From assembly GCA_051892935.1 (NCBI GenBank), contig JBJFGS010000025.1, forward strand, positions 80,813 through 144,812: a stretch of 64,000 nt of DNA, given 5' to 3'. The notes beneath the pieces are model-generated. The model saw nothing but the letters and a program-made list of their open reading frames with translations, ran no database searches and was not told the DNA's origin. Made by a program: the position numbers and the translations under genes. Source of the stretch: Candidatus Coprovivens sp. GTDB lineage: Bacteria; Bacillota_I; Bacilli_A; RF39; UBA660. The stretch's first letter is position 1; the number at the start of each line of letters is the position of its first letter. Shown here piece by piece: positions 18,610 to 27,997 of this stretch.

Positions 18610-19590
18610 ATGAAAATAGCCCTAATAGGAACTGGAGTTTATGGACTTGCAATTGCCATGGCCATAAGTAAAAACCATAAAGATATAACAATGTGGACAG
18701 AATCAGATGAAAGATACGAAAAATACATAAAAGATGGTAAAGTACTAAAAGACATAATACCTAACATAGAAGCACCCAAAAACATAAAACTTACCATATC
18801 ATACGAAAAAGCCGTAAAAGATGCTGATATAGTATTTATAACATCAACTGCAGCATTCGTAGGAAGCATATGCAAAAATATCAATCCATTTATTACTAAA
18901 AAAACTGTTGTATGTATCGCTTCAAAAGGAATAGAAAACACATCGTGTGCCTTCTTAAGTGATATCGCCTACGAAAACTTAAAAACAAAACATATAGCGA
19001 TAATTTCAGGCCCCTCATTTGCAATTGATATGGCCTCAAACAACCCAGTTGGATTATCACTAGCATCTCATAGTAGAAAAGCAACAAAACTAATAAAAAA
19101 TGCTTTAGAAAACGATACATTAAAACTAAGACCAACTAATGATCTTATAGGTGTCCAAATATGTGGCTCAGTAAAAAATATTATAGCAGTAGCAGCTGGA
19201 ATGTTAGATGGAATGAATTATCCAGAATCTACTCAAAGTTTTTTAATAACTGAAGCTTTAAATGATATAAAAAATCTAATAGGAGCCTTAGGAGGAAATC
19301 CCAGAACCATTACATCATTTGCTGGTGTTGGAGACTTACTACTAACATGTACATCAACCAAAAGTAGAAACTTCTCCTTCGGAAGAATAATTGGTCAAGG
19401 TGCAACCAAAGAAGAAAAAGAAGAACATCTAAAAAATAACACAGTCGAAGGATACTACACATTAAAAAGCATTTACAAACTAATTAAAAATAAAAAAATA
19501 AAAATGCCTATAATAGATTTAATTTACAAAATAGTAATGAATGATGAAGATCCACAATTACTTATTTCATTCTTAGTAAACAAAAAATAA
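18610..19590 (+). CDS. gpsA: NAD(P)H-dependent glycerol-3-phosphate dehydrogenase
   Basis: MKIALIGTGVYG Rossmann start, GAxKN and GLxE motifs. RBS AGGTGGA. Confidence 0.9.
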   Translation: MKIALIGTGVYGLAIAMAISKNHKDITMWTESDERYEKYIKDGKVLKDIIPNIEAPKNIKLTISYEKAVKDADIVFITSTAAFVGSICKNINPFITKKTVVCIASKGIENTSCAFLSDIAYENLKTKHIAIISGPSFAIDMASNNPVGLSLASHSRKATKLIKNALENDTLKLRPTNDLIGVQICGSVKNIIAVAAGMLDGMNYPESTQSFLITEALNDIKNLIGALGGNPRTITSFAGVGDLLLTCTSTKSRNFSFGRIIGQGATKEEKEEHLKNNTVEGYYTLKSIYKLIKNKKIKMPIIDLIYKIVMNDEDPQLLISFLVNKK

Positions 19591-19632
19591 AGTATAAATT
19601 CATACTTTATTTTTTTATAAAAAAGACTACTA
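19590..19632. terminator. Back-to-back intrinsic terminators between convergent gpsA and a small acidic ORF
   Basis: AAAGTATAAATTCATACTTT+TTTTTT on plus; AAGACTACTATTCAGTAGTCTT with T-run on minus. Confidence 0.5.
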
Positions 19633-19845
19633 TTCAGTAGTCTTATCCTCATCATGTTCATCTTCATATAAATCTAAATAATCATTTATAGTTTCTTTAA
19701 TCTTATTAGCTTCCTCTTCATCCTTAGCATTAGATAGTAAAAAATCTAAATAAGTCGTTTTTTCACAAAAAGTTAAATCAGGATTAGTAAGAGTACTATC
19801 TTTCATAACTTCAGAAACATTTTCTAATTCTTCATTTTCATTCAT
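19630..19845 (-). CDS. small highly acidic protein (~71 aa)
   Basis: Asp/Glu-rich ORF whose 5' end overlaps the tcdA stop. Start taken at the second ATG (19845) behind GGAAGTGG. Function unknown. Confidence 0.4.
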   Translation of the reverse strand: MNENEELENVSEVMKDSTLTNPDLTFCEKTTYLDFLLSNAKDEEEANKIKETINDYLDLYEDEHDEDKTTE

Positions 19846-20545
19846 GATAACCACTTCCATTATTAATTATATCATTAAAAACATAACTTGCGATACAAAA
19901 ACCAGCAGCATTAGGCACAAAACTTACAGAACCAGGAGTTCTAGACTGAATCTTCCTAGGTAATTCTTGAGAACACAAAACAGGTAATTTATACTTAATG
20001 CCATTATCTCTCATCATCTTACGAATAACTTTAGCAACAGGATCATTCTGCGTTTTCCATATATTAGTAATCTCTAATTTAGTAGGATCAACTCTATTAC
20101 CAGTACCCATACTACTAATAATTCTTATATTATATTGTAAAGCTTTCTTTATTAATAATAACTTTGTTGACATAGTATCACAACAATCAATAATATAATC
20201 AAACTTAGAATAATCTAAAACGTCAATATTAGCTTCATTTAAAAACATTTCATAAGAATCAACACTTATATCATGATTAATCAATTTAGCTCTTAAAGAA
20301 GCTTCATTTACTTTAGAACAACCTATATTATTAATATTACACAATAATTGTCTATTTAAATTAGATTTACTAAATACATCACCATCTACTATAGTTAATC
20401 TCTTAATCCCCATTCTAACTAAAGCTTCAAAACAAGCCCCACCTACTCCACCAACACCAACAATTAAAATATTACTATTACAAAAAGCATTCAGCTCATC
20501 ATCACTAAAAAGTAATTTACAACGTTCCAACATAAAATCACCCAA
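19838..20545 (-). CDS. tcdA: tRNA threonylcarbamoyladenosine dehydratase (ThiF/MoeB-fold, TcdA/CsdL-like)
   Basis: ILIVGVGGVGGACFEALVRMGIKRLTIVDGDVFSKSNLNRQ dinucleotide-binding E1-like motif, 235 aa. Confidence 0.8.
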   Translation of the reverse strand: MGDFMLERCKLLFSDDELNAFCNSNILIVGVGGVGGACFEALVRMGIKRLTIVDGDVFSKSNLNRQLLCNINNIGCSKVNEASLRAKLINHDISVDSYEMFLNEANIDVLDYSKFDYIIDCCDTMSTKLLLIKKALQYNIRIISSMGTGNRVDPTKLEITNIWKTQNDPVAKVIRKMMRDNGIKYKLPVLCSQELPRKIQSRTPGSVSFVPNAAGFCIASYVFNDIINNGSGYHE

Positions 20546-20569
20546 TAAAGTATATCATATTTTAAAACA

Positions 20570-20747
20570 CAAAAAAACTCAAGGGATACCTACCTGTGAT
20601 AAAAAACCTGCACTAAACAGGTGGGCATCACATGAACTGCTTTAGGATCCCTACACTTAAAAAGCAAGGTCTTCAACACCACAGTCAATTAGATTCCCAA
20701 TAAATCACTTACTCGGTTTTTATGAAAAGTAAGCACTTACCTTGAGT
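20570..20747 (-). ncRNA. Candidate structured RNA element (~175 nt) closed by an 8-bp long-range stem and followed by a U-run; identity unknown
   Basis: Minus strand: ACUCAAGG...(internal hairpins CUUACU/AGUAAG and ACCUG/CAGGU)...CCUUGAGU-UUUUU. Locally GC-richer than its surroundings. Sits between the HerA-like gene stop and the tcdA start. Confidence 0.35.
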
Positions 20748-20806
20748 AATTAAAGTATAACATAAAAAAAGGAATAATACTAGTACTATTCACTTCCTTT
20801 ACACAT

Positions 20807-22813
20807 TTACCCAACAGGTGGAATAAAATTAGGTTTAATTGTTCCATTATTACTAACTTGACCATTTGAAGAAACATTCGGCATCATCATATCTGGTTTA
20901 GAATTATCATAAAAATTAGTAATAACTTGAGATTGAACTTCGTTAGTAGGCTGAGAAACAACATTACCTGTATCATTAGCAGATTTTGCATTTACCTGAG
21001 AAACAGCTACACCTCCACCACTCTGTTGATTACCAGAATTATTAGAATTAGCAGCCGTTCCATGAACTTTCCAACAATTATTAACATCACATGAATTAGA
21101 ATTAGGTGCAGGGTTAGGCATTTCCATTTTTATAACCATTGGTAGCTTAAATGCTCCACCAAATCCAACACAATTACCTGGCTGTAAAATTTTCTGCTTT
21201 TCAATAACATCAGCAGAAATATTAGGTAACATCGTTCTAATATATTCAATATCCTTAGGATGTGTCATTTTAAATATTAAGAAATTACTACATTGAGCAA
21301 TAACTGTTTCTGATATTTCTACAGGTCTTTGCGAAATTATATTAAGTAAAACTCCATACTTACGACCTTCTTTAGCAATTCTATCAAATATATTATATCC
21401 AATTAAGAAAACATCTGCATCCTTTTGAACATATCTATGAGCTTCTTCCAAAAACAAATGAAACGGAATTTGTGCTCTTTGTTTTCTAGTCTTACAAAAA
21501 TCAAAGAATATTCTAGCAATAATTTTAACAATAATCTTCGCTTGAGTATCATCAATATCTTCCAAATTAATATTAATAACTTGTGCTTTCTTATTACCAA
21601 CAGCAACTAACGAAGCAATATATGTTTCATAAGAAATATAAGTATCACATTTATATATATTAGCAATTTTACTATTTATCAAAGAATTTAATCTAACTTT
21701 TAATAACATAGAATCATCATATAATTGTTCATTACTTTGGAAACCTTCACTTATTAAAGTAAACTCTAAAGCCGCAGCAAAATCTCTCATTGAATAAAAA
21801 GCATTAACTGGTTCTTCAGTCATTTCCAAATCTTCATCAATATGTTTTAAAATATAATCAGTAATTAAAACAGATTCTCCAAAATTACCATTACTATCTA
21901 TTTCAAAACACTCAGATAACGTTCTAGTATAACCCAATCCTTGAATAACACTATCAAAATTAAAATCGTTAGTATGGCATACTTCTAATACCTTAAATAT
22001 TTCATTTTTCTTATTAGCAGTAATTTGATTACTATATAAAATAGCAATTAATGCTTTCGCTATTAAATGATCTTTATATCTATTAGCTACTTCATCATCT
22101 TTACTAAATATTCTAGTTAACTTTAAAGACCTTTCTATGATAGGAATTTGACTATGTTTATCTGCTTGTAACATAATAGTTAAATCATCCATGTTTAATA
22201 AATGAAAAGGAATCTTTAATTCGTAATCAGATTCTTCTTGAATATTAGTTGTAATAAATTTATAACTATAATTAGGATTAATCTTACCTAAATCTCTAAA
22301 AGCAGTCTTATATTCACCATAAGCATCAAAAATGAAAATATTAGCATTATAAGAAACTAAATTAGGATTAGAAAAGATATTTTGAACTAATCTTGCAACC
22401 CCACATGACTTACCTGAACCAGTATTTCCAAATACTGCCATATGATTAGCAAATAGATTATTAATATCAGCAAAAACATCATAATCAGTATAAATAGAGC
22501 TTCTTCCTAATTTAAATGTTGTCTCATCATAAACCCCAACAATAGCACTAAGTTCTTGATCATTAATAGTTCTTATTTTACTAGATAAAACAGGCTTTCT
22601 AATAACACCTGATACATATCTCCCATTCATAAATTCCCCAAGAAATCTTATTTTAATTATTTCATCAGTAACTTCTTCTACTTCACCCAAAATAGCTTGA
22701 TTTGGAGCTTCAAAAACTACATGGACATTCATTAAATCTCCCATTTCTTCAGCTTTAGCTATAGTAGTAACGTGAGCTACGTTTCCAGAAATAAATTTAA
22801 TATTACCAAACAT
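20807..22813 (-). CDS. HerA/FtsK-type P-loop ATPase (DUF87-like) with a disordered Asn/Ser/Gly/Gln-rich C-terminal tail
   Basis: Walker A AVFGNTGSGKSCG. HerA-type Walker B HLFLEEAHRYV. N-terminal beta-rich region preceding the P-loop. Start at ATG 22813 behind AGAGGTG. Confidence 0.75.
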   Translation of the reverse strand: MFGNIKFISGNVAHVTTIAKAEEMGDLMNVHVVFEAPNQAILGEVEEVTDEIIKIRFLGEFMNGRYVSGVIRKPVLSSKIRTINDQELSAIVGVYDETTFKLGRSSIYTDYDVFADINNLFANHMAVFGNTGSGKSCGVARLVQNIFSNPNLVSYNANIFIFDAYGEYKTAFRDLGKINPNYSYKFITTNIQEESDYELKIPFHLLNMDDLTIMLQADKHSQIPIIERSLKLTRIFSKDDEVANRYKDHLIAKALIAILYSNQITANKKNEIFKVLEVCHTNDFNFDSVIQGLGYTRTLSECFEIDSNGNFGESVLITDYILKHIDEDLEMTEEPVNAFYSMRDFAAALEFTLISEGFQSNEQLYDDSMLLKVRLNSLINSKIANIYKCDTYISYETYIASLVAVGNKKAQVININLEDIDDTQAKIIVKIIARIFFDFCKTRKQRAQIPFHLFLEEAHRYVQKDADVFLIGYNIFDRIAKEGRKYGVLLNIISQRPVEISETVIAQCSNFLIFKMTHPKDIEYIRTMLPNISADVIEKQKILQPGNCVGFGGAFKLPMVIKMEMPNPAPNSNSCDVNNCWKVHGTAANSNNSGNQQSGGGVAVSQVNAKSANDTGNVVSQPTNEVQSQVITNFYDNSKPDMMMPNVSSNGQVSNNGTIKPNFIPPVG

Positions 22814-22892
22814 AACCAACACCTCTTTTATTATATACAACTATATCTTAACACAAAACAAAAATAAATTAAATAAAAAAGAACTATTTTTC

Positions 22893-24722
22893 CTAGTTCT
22901 TTAATTTAACTTTATCATTCTGTATAATAGAATTTCTAAATATAGAATTCCTTATTTTATTAATATATTGACCATATAAATCAGGATTGAATTCCTTAAT
23001 AACATTTACAGCTCTATCAAACCTCAAACTATTAATGCCACTAACATTTAAATAATGAGTTTTACTTATGTAATCACCATTTATAAACTCTCTTATTATA
23101 AAAGAATGATGTTTTAACATTAATTCATCAACATACTGACGTCTAATTAATATACTACACGCTAACTCATCATATAATTTCTTTTGAACTAATAACACAT
23201 CACTTTTCAAAGAAGGATACAAAATATTTAAAGAAGCACACATATATTTAAAATCATCTAAACTAAAATTCTCTTCCTGATACATTAGTAAAGAACCATT
23301 ATCAGAAATAACATTAATCATTTCCTTTATATGTATTAACCCATAAGAAGCAAAATATTGATTAAATACACCATCTAAATAGTTTTTCCATTCTTTTATA
23401 GAAATGTATTTATAACCAACCATTTTTCTAATAAATTCCAAATATGCTTTATGAATAATATCTCTATTATGAATATCTGCATATATATCTTTTTTCCATT
23501 CAAGTAAAATTAAATCAAAAGTATTCTTCTTTACTTCATCACTATCAAAGAATATATTTCTACCAAAATACTTTTTATCCCTAGAATAAAACCACTTAAC
23601 AACATCATAAAAAGTATCTTGATATTCTTCACTAACATTTAAATAAATAAAATAATTTATAGTTACAGAAATAGGTCTTTTCAACTCTTCAAGTAAATAA
23701 TCATAATTACTTAATACATACTCTTTCTTTCGATTATAATTATCAAAAGAAAGAGCAAATTCATTTACTTCTCCTTTCCATTCTTCTCCCTTTATACTTA
23801 AACTTTTAGATTTACCTAAATATTCACGAAAACAATCAAAATTACAAAAAGAATCTCTATCATTATTTAAAATAATATATAATAATTCCCTGTTCAATAA
23901 AGAATATTTAGAATAATAAAAAGAACTAAAATTACTGCCAACAGTACTATTATAAAACTCTATAAACTCATCTAAAGTAAAATATAAATGACTACTAGTA
24001 TATTCTTTATAAGTAAGTAAAACACTCTTTCTTAAAACATCTCTATCAAAACTATTATCAATAATTAACATTATATTTTTAAATAATAAAGATAAATTTG
24101 ATACATCAAATAATCTAATATTTTCATAATCCTTAATAAAGAAAGAAATATCATCGAAAGTAATACCAAGTAATCTAAAATTATTAAGTAAAAACTTAAT
24201 ATCATAACAGCACATAAAAGAAACAGCTTTTTTCTTTCTTAAAACATTCTCCTTCTCATTATAAATATCTAAAAAACAATTATATAAATCATATATAGTT
24301 AAACATTTATTTAAAGCACTATAAGAAATAATATCATCATTAATAACATTTTCTATTAAAGAAGAAGAAAAAAGCTTTAAAACGCCTTTAAATACATCAA
24401 TATTACTAGATTGTAATAAATAATAAATAATAATATTTCTAACATCAAAATCTAAACAAACTTCATCCATTTCATAAAGTATCAATTCTCTACTACAAGT
24501 AAAATCAAGTAATTCAAAATCATCCATAAAATGATCAGAATAACAAAGTAATAAATCATTAATATCATCACTAGAAAAACTATCTTTACTCAATATATTC
24601 CTAAGTAATACTACTTCATCACTCTCTCCATATAAAAAATAAAGATTACTAAAAGCTCTTTTCTTCAACAATATAATCTTTTTAAAAACATATTCACTTA
24701 AAAAAGACTTTATATCATTCAT
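22893..24722 (-). CDS. large hypothetical protein (609 aa), paralog of the upstream 750-aa protein
   Basis: RBS AGGAGGAG. Shares conserved blocks with 24803..27052 (DDINDLLLCYSDH, GITFDDI, YLLEELKRPI...YF..LNV......F....V.W......YFGRN.). No known domain recognised. Confidence 0.6.
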   Translation of the reverse strand: MNDIKSFLSEYVFKKIILLKKRAFSNLYFLYGESDEVVLLRNILSKDSFSSDDINDLLLCYSDHFMDDFELLDFTCSRELILYEMDEVCLDFDVRNIIIYYLLQSSNIDVFKGVLKLFSSSLIENVINDDIISYSALNKCLTIYDLYNCFLDIYNEKENVLRKKKAVSFMCCYDIKFLLNNFRLLGITFDDISFFIKDYENIRLFDVSNLSLLFKNIMLIIDNSFDRDVLRKSVLLTYKEYTSSHLYFTLDEFIEFYNSTVGSNFSSFYYSKYSLLNRELLYIILNNDRDSFCNFDCFREYLGKSKSLSIKGEEWKGEVNEFALSFDNYNRKKEYVLSNYDYLLEELKRPISVTINYFIYLNVSEEYQDTFYDVVKWFYSRDKKYFGRNIFFDSDEVKKNTFDLILLEWKKDIYADIHNRDIIHKAYLEFIRKMVGYKYISIKEWKNYLDGVFNQYFASYGLIHIKEMINVISDNGSLLMYQEENFSLDDFKYMCASLNILYPSLKSDVLLVQKKLYDELACSILIRRQYVDELMLKHHSFIIREFINGDYISKTHYLNVSGINSLRFDRAVNVIKEFNPDLYGQYINKIRNSIFRNSIIQNDKVKLKN

Positions 24723-24802
24723 ATATCTCCTCCTAAAGTCAAATTAATATAACAAAAAAGTATATTAAAGTAAATAAAAAGAATTAGAAAAATCTAATTC
24801 TT

Positions 24803-27052
24803 TTACTTTTTACCAACATGTTTAACACCATCTAATTCATCTAAATATTCTTTAGTAATCTCTCCCTTTAAAACTTTATTCAAAGCTCCTTTATACAAAG
24901 AATAATAATTAGATAATCCTTTAATCCTTAAAAACCTTAAAGCAAGCTCTTTTTCTTCAAGACTAACTTCATGCATAATATCATCAATTTTAATAATAAG
25001 TCTTTCATTAAATATCTCTTGATTAGTAACTAGTCTACTAGATTTAACCATTTTTTCAAAACTTCTAAATTGTCTAATATTAATACTATTCAACTTTTTA
25101 GAATTAACTACTAAAACAGTAAATTTATCAAAAGGCAAATTAGTTAACAAACAATAATCTAAAAAAGTAAAAGGTCTAACTATACCATTATCATTTACAC
25201 CTTCAACTAAAGCTTTTAAAACATAATCAACCATTTTCATAAGTACAGCATATCTTTGAGATTTTAACATATCAAACTTATTAATAAACTGAATGTATAA
25301 ATTATAATCATTCTCCATAACATTATTCAAAATCTTATCAAATTGAGTTTCACTAAGTCCTTCTTCTTCCAAAAAAGCTTCTTTACTTTTGTAATCCTTA
25401 TTTAAAAATCTTTCTAAAAGGATAGAACACTTTCTTGCTTCTTCCATTTTTTTATCAAGGTTTCTCAAATCTAAAACTCTATTCTTATCATTTGTATATA
25501 CATCATATAAAATAACTAATTTATTTTCCAATTCAGGATGTTTACTCTTAAACGCATCAAAACAAAGATCGAAATCATCAACTAAACCAATTTCTTCAGC
25601 TTTTAAATATATATTATCCACTTGATTGACTAATGACAAAAGTATCATCATTCTATCATAACCAATTCTATAATAGTAATCCTTTTCCAATAGTTTCATT
25701 TGATTATTCCAAGAACTTTTAGAAATATATCTTTTACCTAAAAATTTACATACAATATCATAGTATTCTTTATATATAGCATTACGATTAACAAAATCTA
25801 AAGTAATCTTTTCTCTACAATTATCCAAAATATCTTTATAAGTATTTTGTTGTTCTTCGACACTAGATTTTAAAACATTTCTTCCGAAGTATTCATAATC
25901 ATTCTCACAAATCCAAGAAACTATTTCTTTAAAAAAAACAATATCTTCAACATTAACATTTAATAAAACAAAATAATCAAAAGTAAATCTAATAGGTTTC
26001 TTTAATTCTTCTAATAAATATGAATATTCTTTTAGAACTCTTTCTTTATTATGATAGTTTTTAACATCTAATTTACACCAATAATCGATAAATGATTTAT
26101 ACCTATTAGTATCGCTTAAAAAAGAACTATGTTTACTAAAAATATCGTATATACCAGAAGAGCCTTGAACCATAAATCTAAAACTAATGCTTTTCATTAT
26201 TGTATAAAACAAATCTACTGACAATAAAACAGGACCATCACTATTTATATAAAAAGAACTAAAATCATCTTTAAAAGTATCATTATAATAAGAAATAAAA
26301 TCTTCATCTAAGAAATTAATATGTAATTTAGAATACTTATCGTATTCACTAATTACTTTATTATATAATTTTTCATCACCCAAAGTTCTATGTTTAATAC
26401 TAAATTGATTATTAAGTATTCTCCGACATTCTTTTTCATTTAATGATATATTCTTTTGATCAGCCAAAGAAAAAAAGTCATCAATATCATCAAAAGTAAT
26501 ACCTATTTTTTTAAATTTATCTGAAAAGAAAGAGTAATCAATTAATCCCATTAAAGCAATAACTTTCATCTTTTTTTCTTCTATATTAGAAATATTACAT
26601 ATATCATTAACTAAAATATATAAGTCATATAAAGACTCACCAATATGCAAATCAACAACACTCTCAATAGAATCACTTCTTTTAAAGAAACAATCATAAG
26701 GAATACATTGTAAAACCCTTAAATTAAAGTCAAAATCCTTTATACTTAATAAATAATATAAAATTAAATTAGTAATATTAAAAGTAGTCCCAAATTGTTC
26801 AAAATCATAGTATAATTCCTTATTATTTAATACTAATTCCAATATTTCTTCATTACTTAATAAATGATCAGAATAACAAAGTAATAAATCATTAATATCA
26901 TCTAATGAATAAACACTCTTACCTATTATATCTTTATAAGTATTATAATCCTCATTACTATCAAAATAATAATATTTTTTCAAATCTTTCTGAGTAGCAA
27001 TTTTAGCACAAAAAGAAATACGCAAACGTTGTATGATTTCTTCAAAATCCAT
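24803..27052 (-). CDS. large hypothetical protein (~750 aa), paralog of the downstream 609-aa protein
   Basis: Start reassigned to ATG 27052 behind AGGTGATG. Same conserved blocks as the 609-aa paralog. No known domain recognised. Confidence 0.6.
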   Translation of the reverse strand: MDFEEIIQRLRISFCAKIATQKDLKKYYYFDSNEDYNTYKDIIGKSVYSLDDINDLLLCYSDHLLSNEEILELVLNNKELYYDFEQFGTTFNITNLILYYLLSIKDFDFNLRVLQCIPYDCFFKRSDSIESVVDLHIGESLYDLYILVNDICNISNIEEKKMKVIALMGLIDYSFFSDKFKKIGITFDDIDDFFSLADQKNISLNEKECRRILNNQFSIKHRTLGDEKLYNKVISEYDKYSKLHINFLDEDFISYYNDTFKDDFSSFYINSDGPVLLSVDLFYTIMKSISFRFMVQGSSGIYDIFSKHSSFLSDTNRYKSFIDYWCKLDVKNYHNKERVLKEYSYLLEELKKPIRFTFDYFVLLNVNVEDIVFFKEIVSWICENDYEYFGRNVLKSSVEEQQNTYKDILDNCREKITLDFVNRNAIYKEYYDIVCKFLGKRYISKSSWNNQMKLLEKDYYYRIGYDRMMILLSLVNQVDNIYLKAEEIGLVDDFDLCFDAFKSKHPELENKLVILYDVYTNDKNRVLDLRNLDKKMEEARKCSILLERFLNKDYKSKEAFLEEEGLSETQFDKILNNVMENDYNLYIQFINKFDMLKSQRYAVLMKMVDYVLKALVEGVNDNGIVRPFTFLDYCLLTNLPFDKFTVLVVNSKKLNSINIRQFRSFEKMVKSSRLVTNQEIFNERLIIKIDDIMHEVSLEEKELALRFLRIKGLSNYYSLYKGALNKVLKGEITKEYLDELDGVKHVGKK

Positions 27053-27125
27053 AAAATCATCACCTATCATTGTATAAATGATAACATAACAAAACATTCC
27101 GTGCAAATTAAAAAAGATTTATATT

Positions 27126-27929
27126 TTAAATCTTTTTTAAATTTTTACTATTAATAAAATTTAAATGTTTCAAATAATGAAATTTACTTCTATAGATAAT
27201 GCCAGTATCAGAATCCTTAATAGCACCAAAATCATCAATATATTCATCATCACTCTTAGTTACTAAAGTAGGATCAAAAACTTTTATTTTTTCTTCTTGA
27301 ATATCTAATCCCCAATTTTCAAAAGTTATATTAGCAAGTTGTTGTTCCAAAGGAACATAATTAGGATTATCAACTATTTTATAGCACCCATTACTCATAT
27401 AAATAGATTCCATATCAACAATAGCATATTTACTTGGAACATCTTGCATAACAAATCTATCTGCTATACTAATAAGTTCACTTTGTGCAGAGAGCCCCTT
27501 ACCTTTTACAGATATATTAATACATCCTTCATGATAATGATAACAAGAATACTCTCTTTTAATTTGTTCAAGTATTTCTTTATTTTCATCAGATAAGCAA
27601 TCAATCTCTAATTCAATCCAAGCATCCTTATCTATACTATCACTACACATAAAAGTATAAATATTCTTACTCCATAATATTTGGCAAGCTGGAACACATT
27701 CTTCAATTATCCATCTACGAGGTTCTACCTCTACCATTTCTTGTGAAACTCGTGGAGCACCTTCATATTGTTTATTATTAGCAAGCTTTTTCCCACTAAT
27801 AACAGCTGCTGTATCATTTAATTTAGAAGATAACCTTCTATACAATATAGAAACCTTTAACTTAGCTTTATCAAGTATAGTTGCTTTTCTCCCTAATCTT
27901 TCATCTAATAACATTTCATCTAAATTCAT
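27126..27929 (-). CDS. hypothetical Cys-rich cytoplasmic protein (267 aa), first gene of the HerA-like operon
   Basis: RBS AAGGGGA. About 10 Cys including CVPAC and C.H.HEGC clusters (possible metal site). No known domain recognised. Confidence 0.55.
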   Translation of the reverse strand: MNLDEMLLDERLGRKATILDKAKLKVSILYRRLSSKLNDTAAVISGKKLANNKQYEGAPRVSQEMVEVEPRRWIIEECVPACQILWSKNIYTFMCSDSIDKDAWIELEIDCLSDENKEILEQIKREYSCYHYHEGCINISVKGKGLSAQSELISIADRFVMQDVPSKYAIVDMESIYMSNGCYKIVDNPNYVPLEQQLANITFENWGLDIQEEKIKVFDPTLVTKSDDEYIDDFGAIKDSDTGIIYRSKFHYLKHLNFINSKNLKKI

Positions 27930-27952
27930 TTCAAAATCCCCTTACATCTATA

Positions 27953-27982
27953 ATTATAACCCCAAAATAAAAAAACAGGCAA
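27953..27982 (-). promoter_or_regulatory. Candidate promoter for the four-gene HerA-like operon
   Basis: Minus strand TTGCCT-18 nt-TATAAT just downstream of the gatB terminator, ~20 nt before the RBS of 27126..27929. Confidence 0.35.
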
Positions 27983-27996
27983 ATTTACATCCTGTT
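27967..27996 (-). terminator. Intrinsic terminator of the aaRS/gatCAB operon
   Basis: Minus strand AACAGG-ATGTAAATTTG-CCTGTT then TTTTTTTATTTT, immediately after the gatB stop. Confidence 0.6.
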
Positions 27997-27997
27997 T

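Noticed and set aside
20570-20747. Assigning the structured element to 6S RNA, SRP RNA, tmRNA or a T-box
   Set aside because: Length and the local-hairpin architecture do not fit 6S (extended duplex with central bubble). There is no SRP domain-IV GGAA/AGCAGC signature and no T-box consensus. The downstream gene (tcdA) is not a T-box target. It is left as unclassified.
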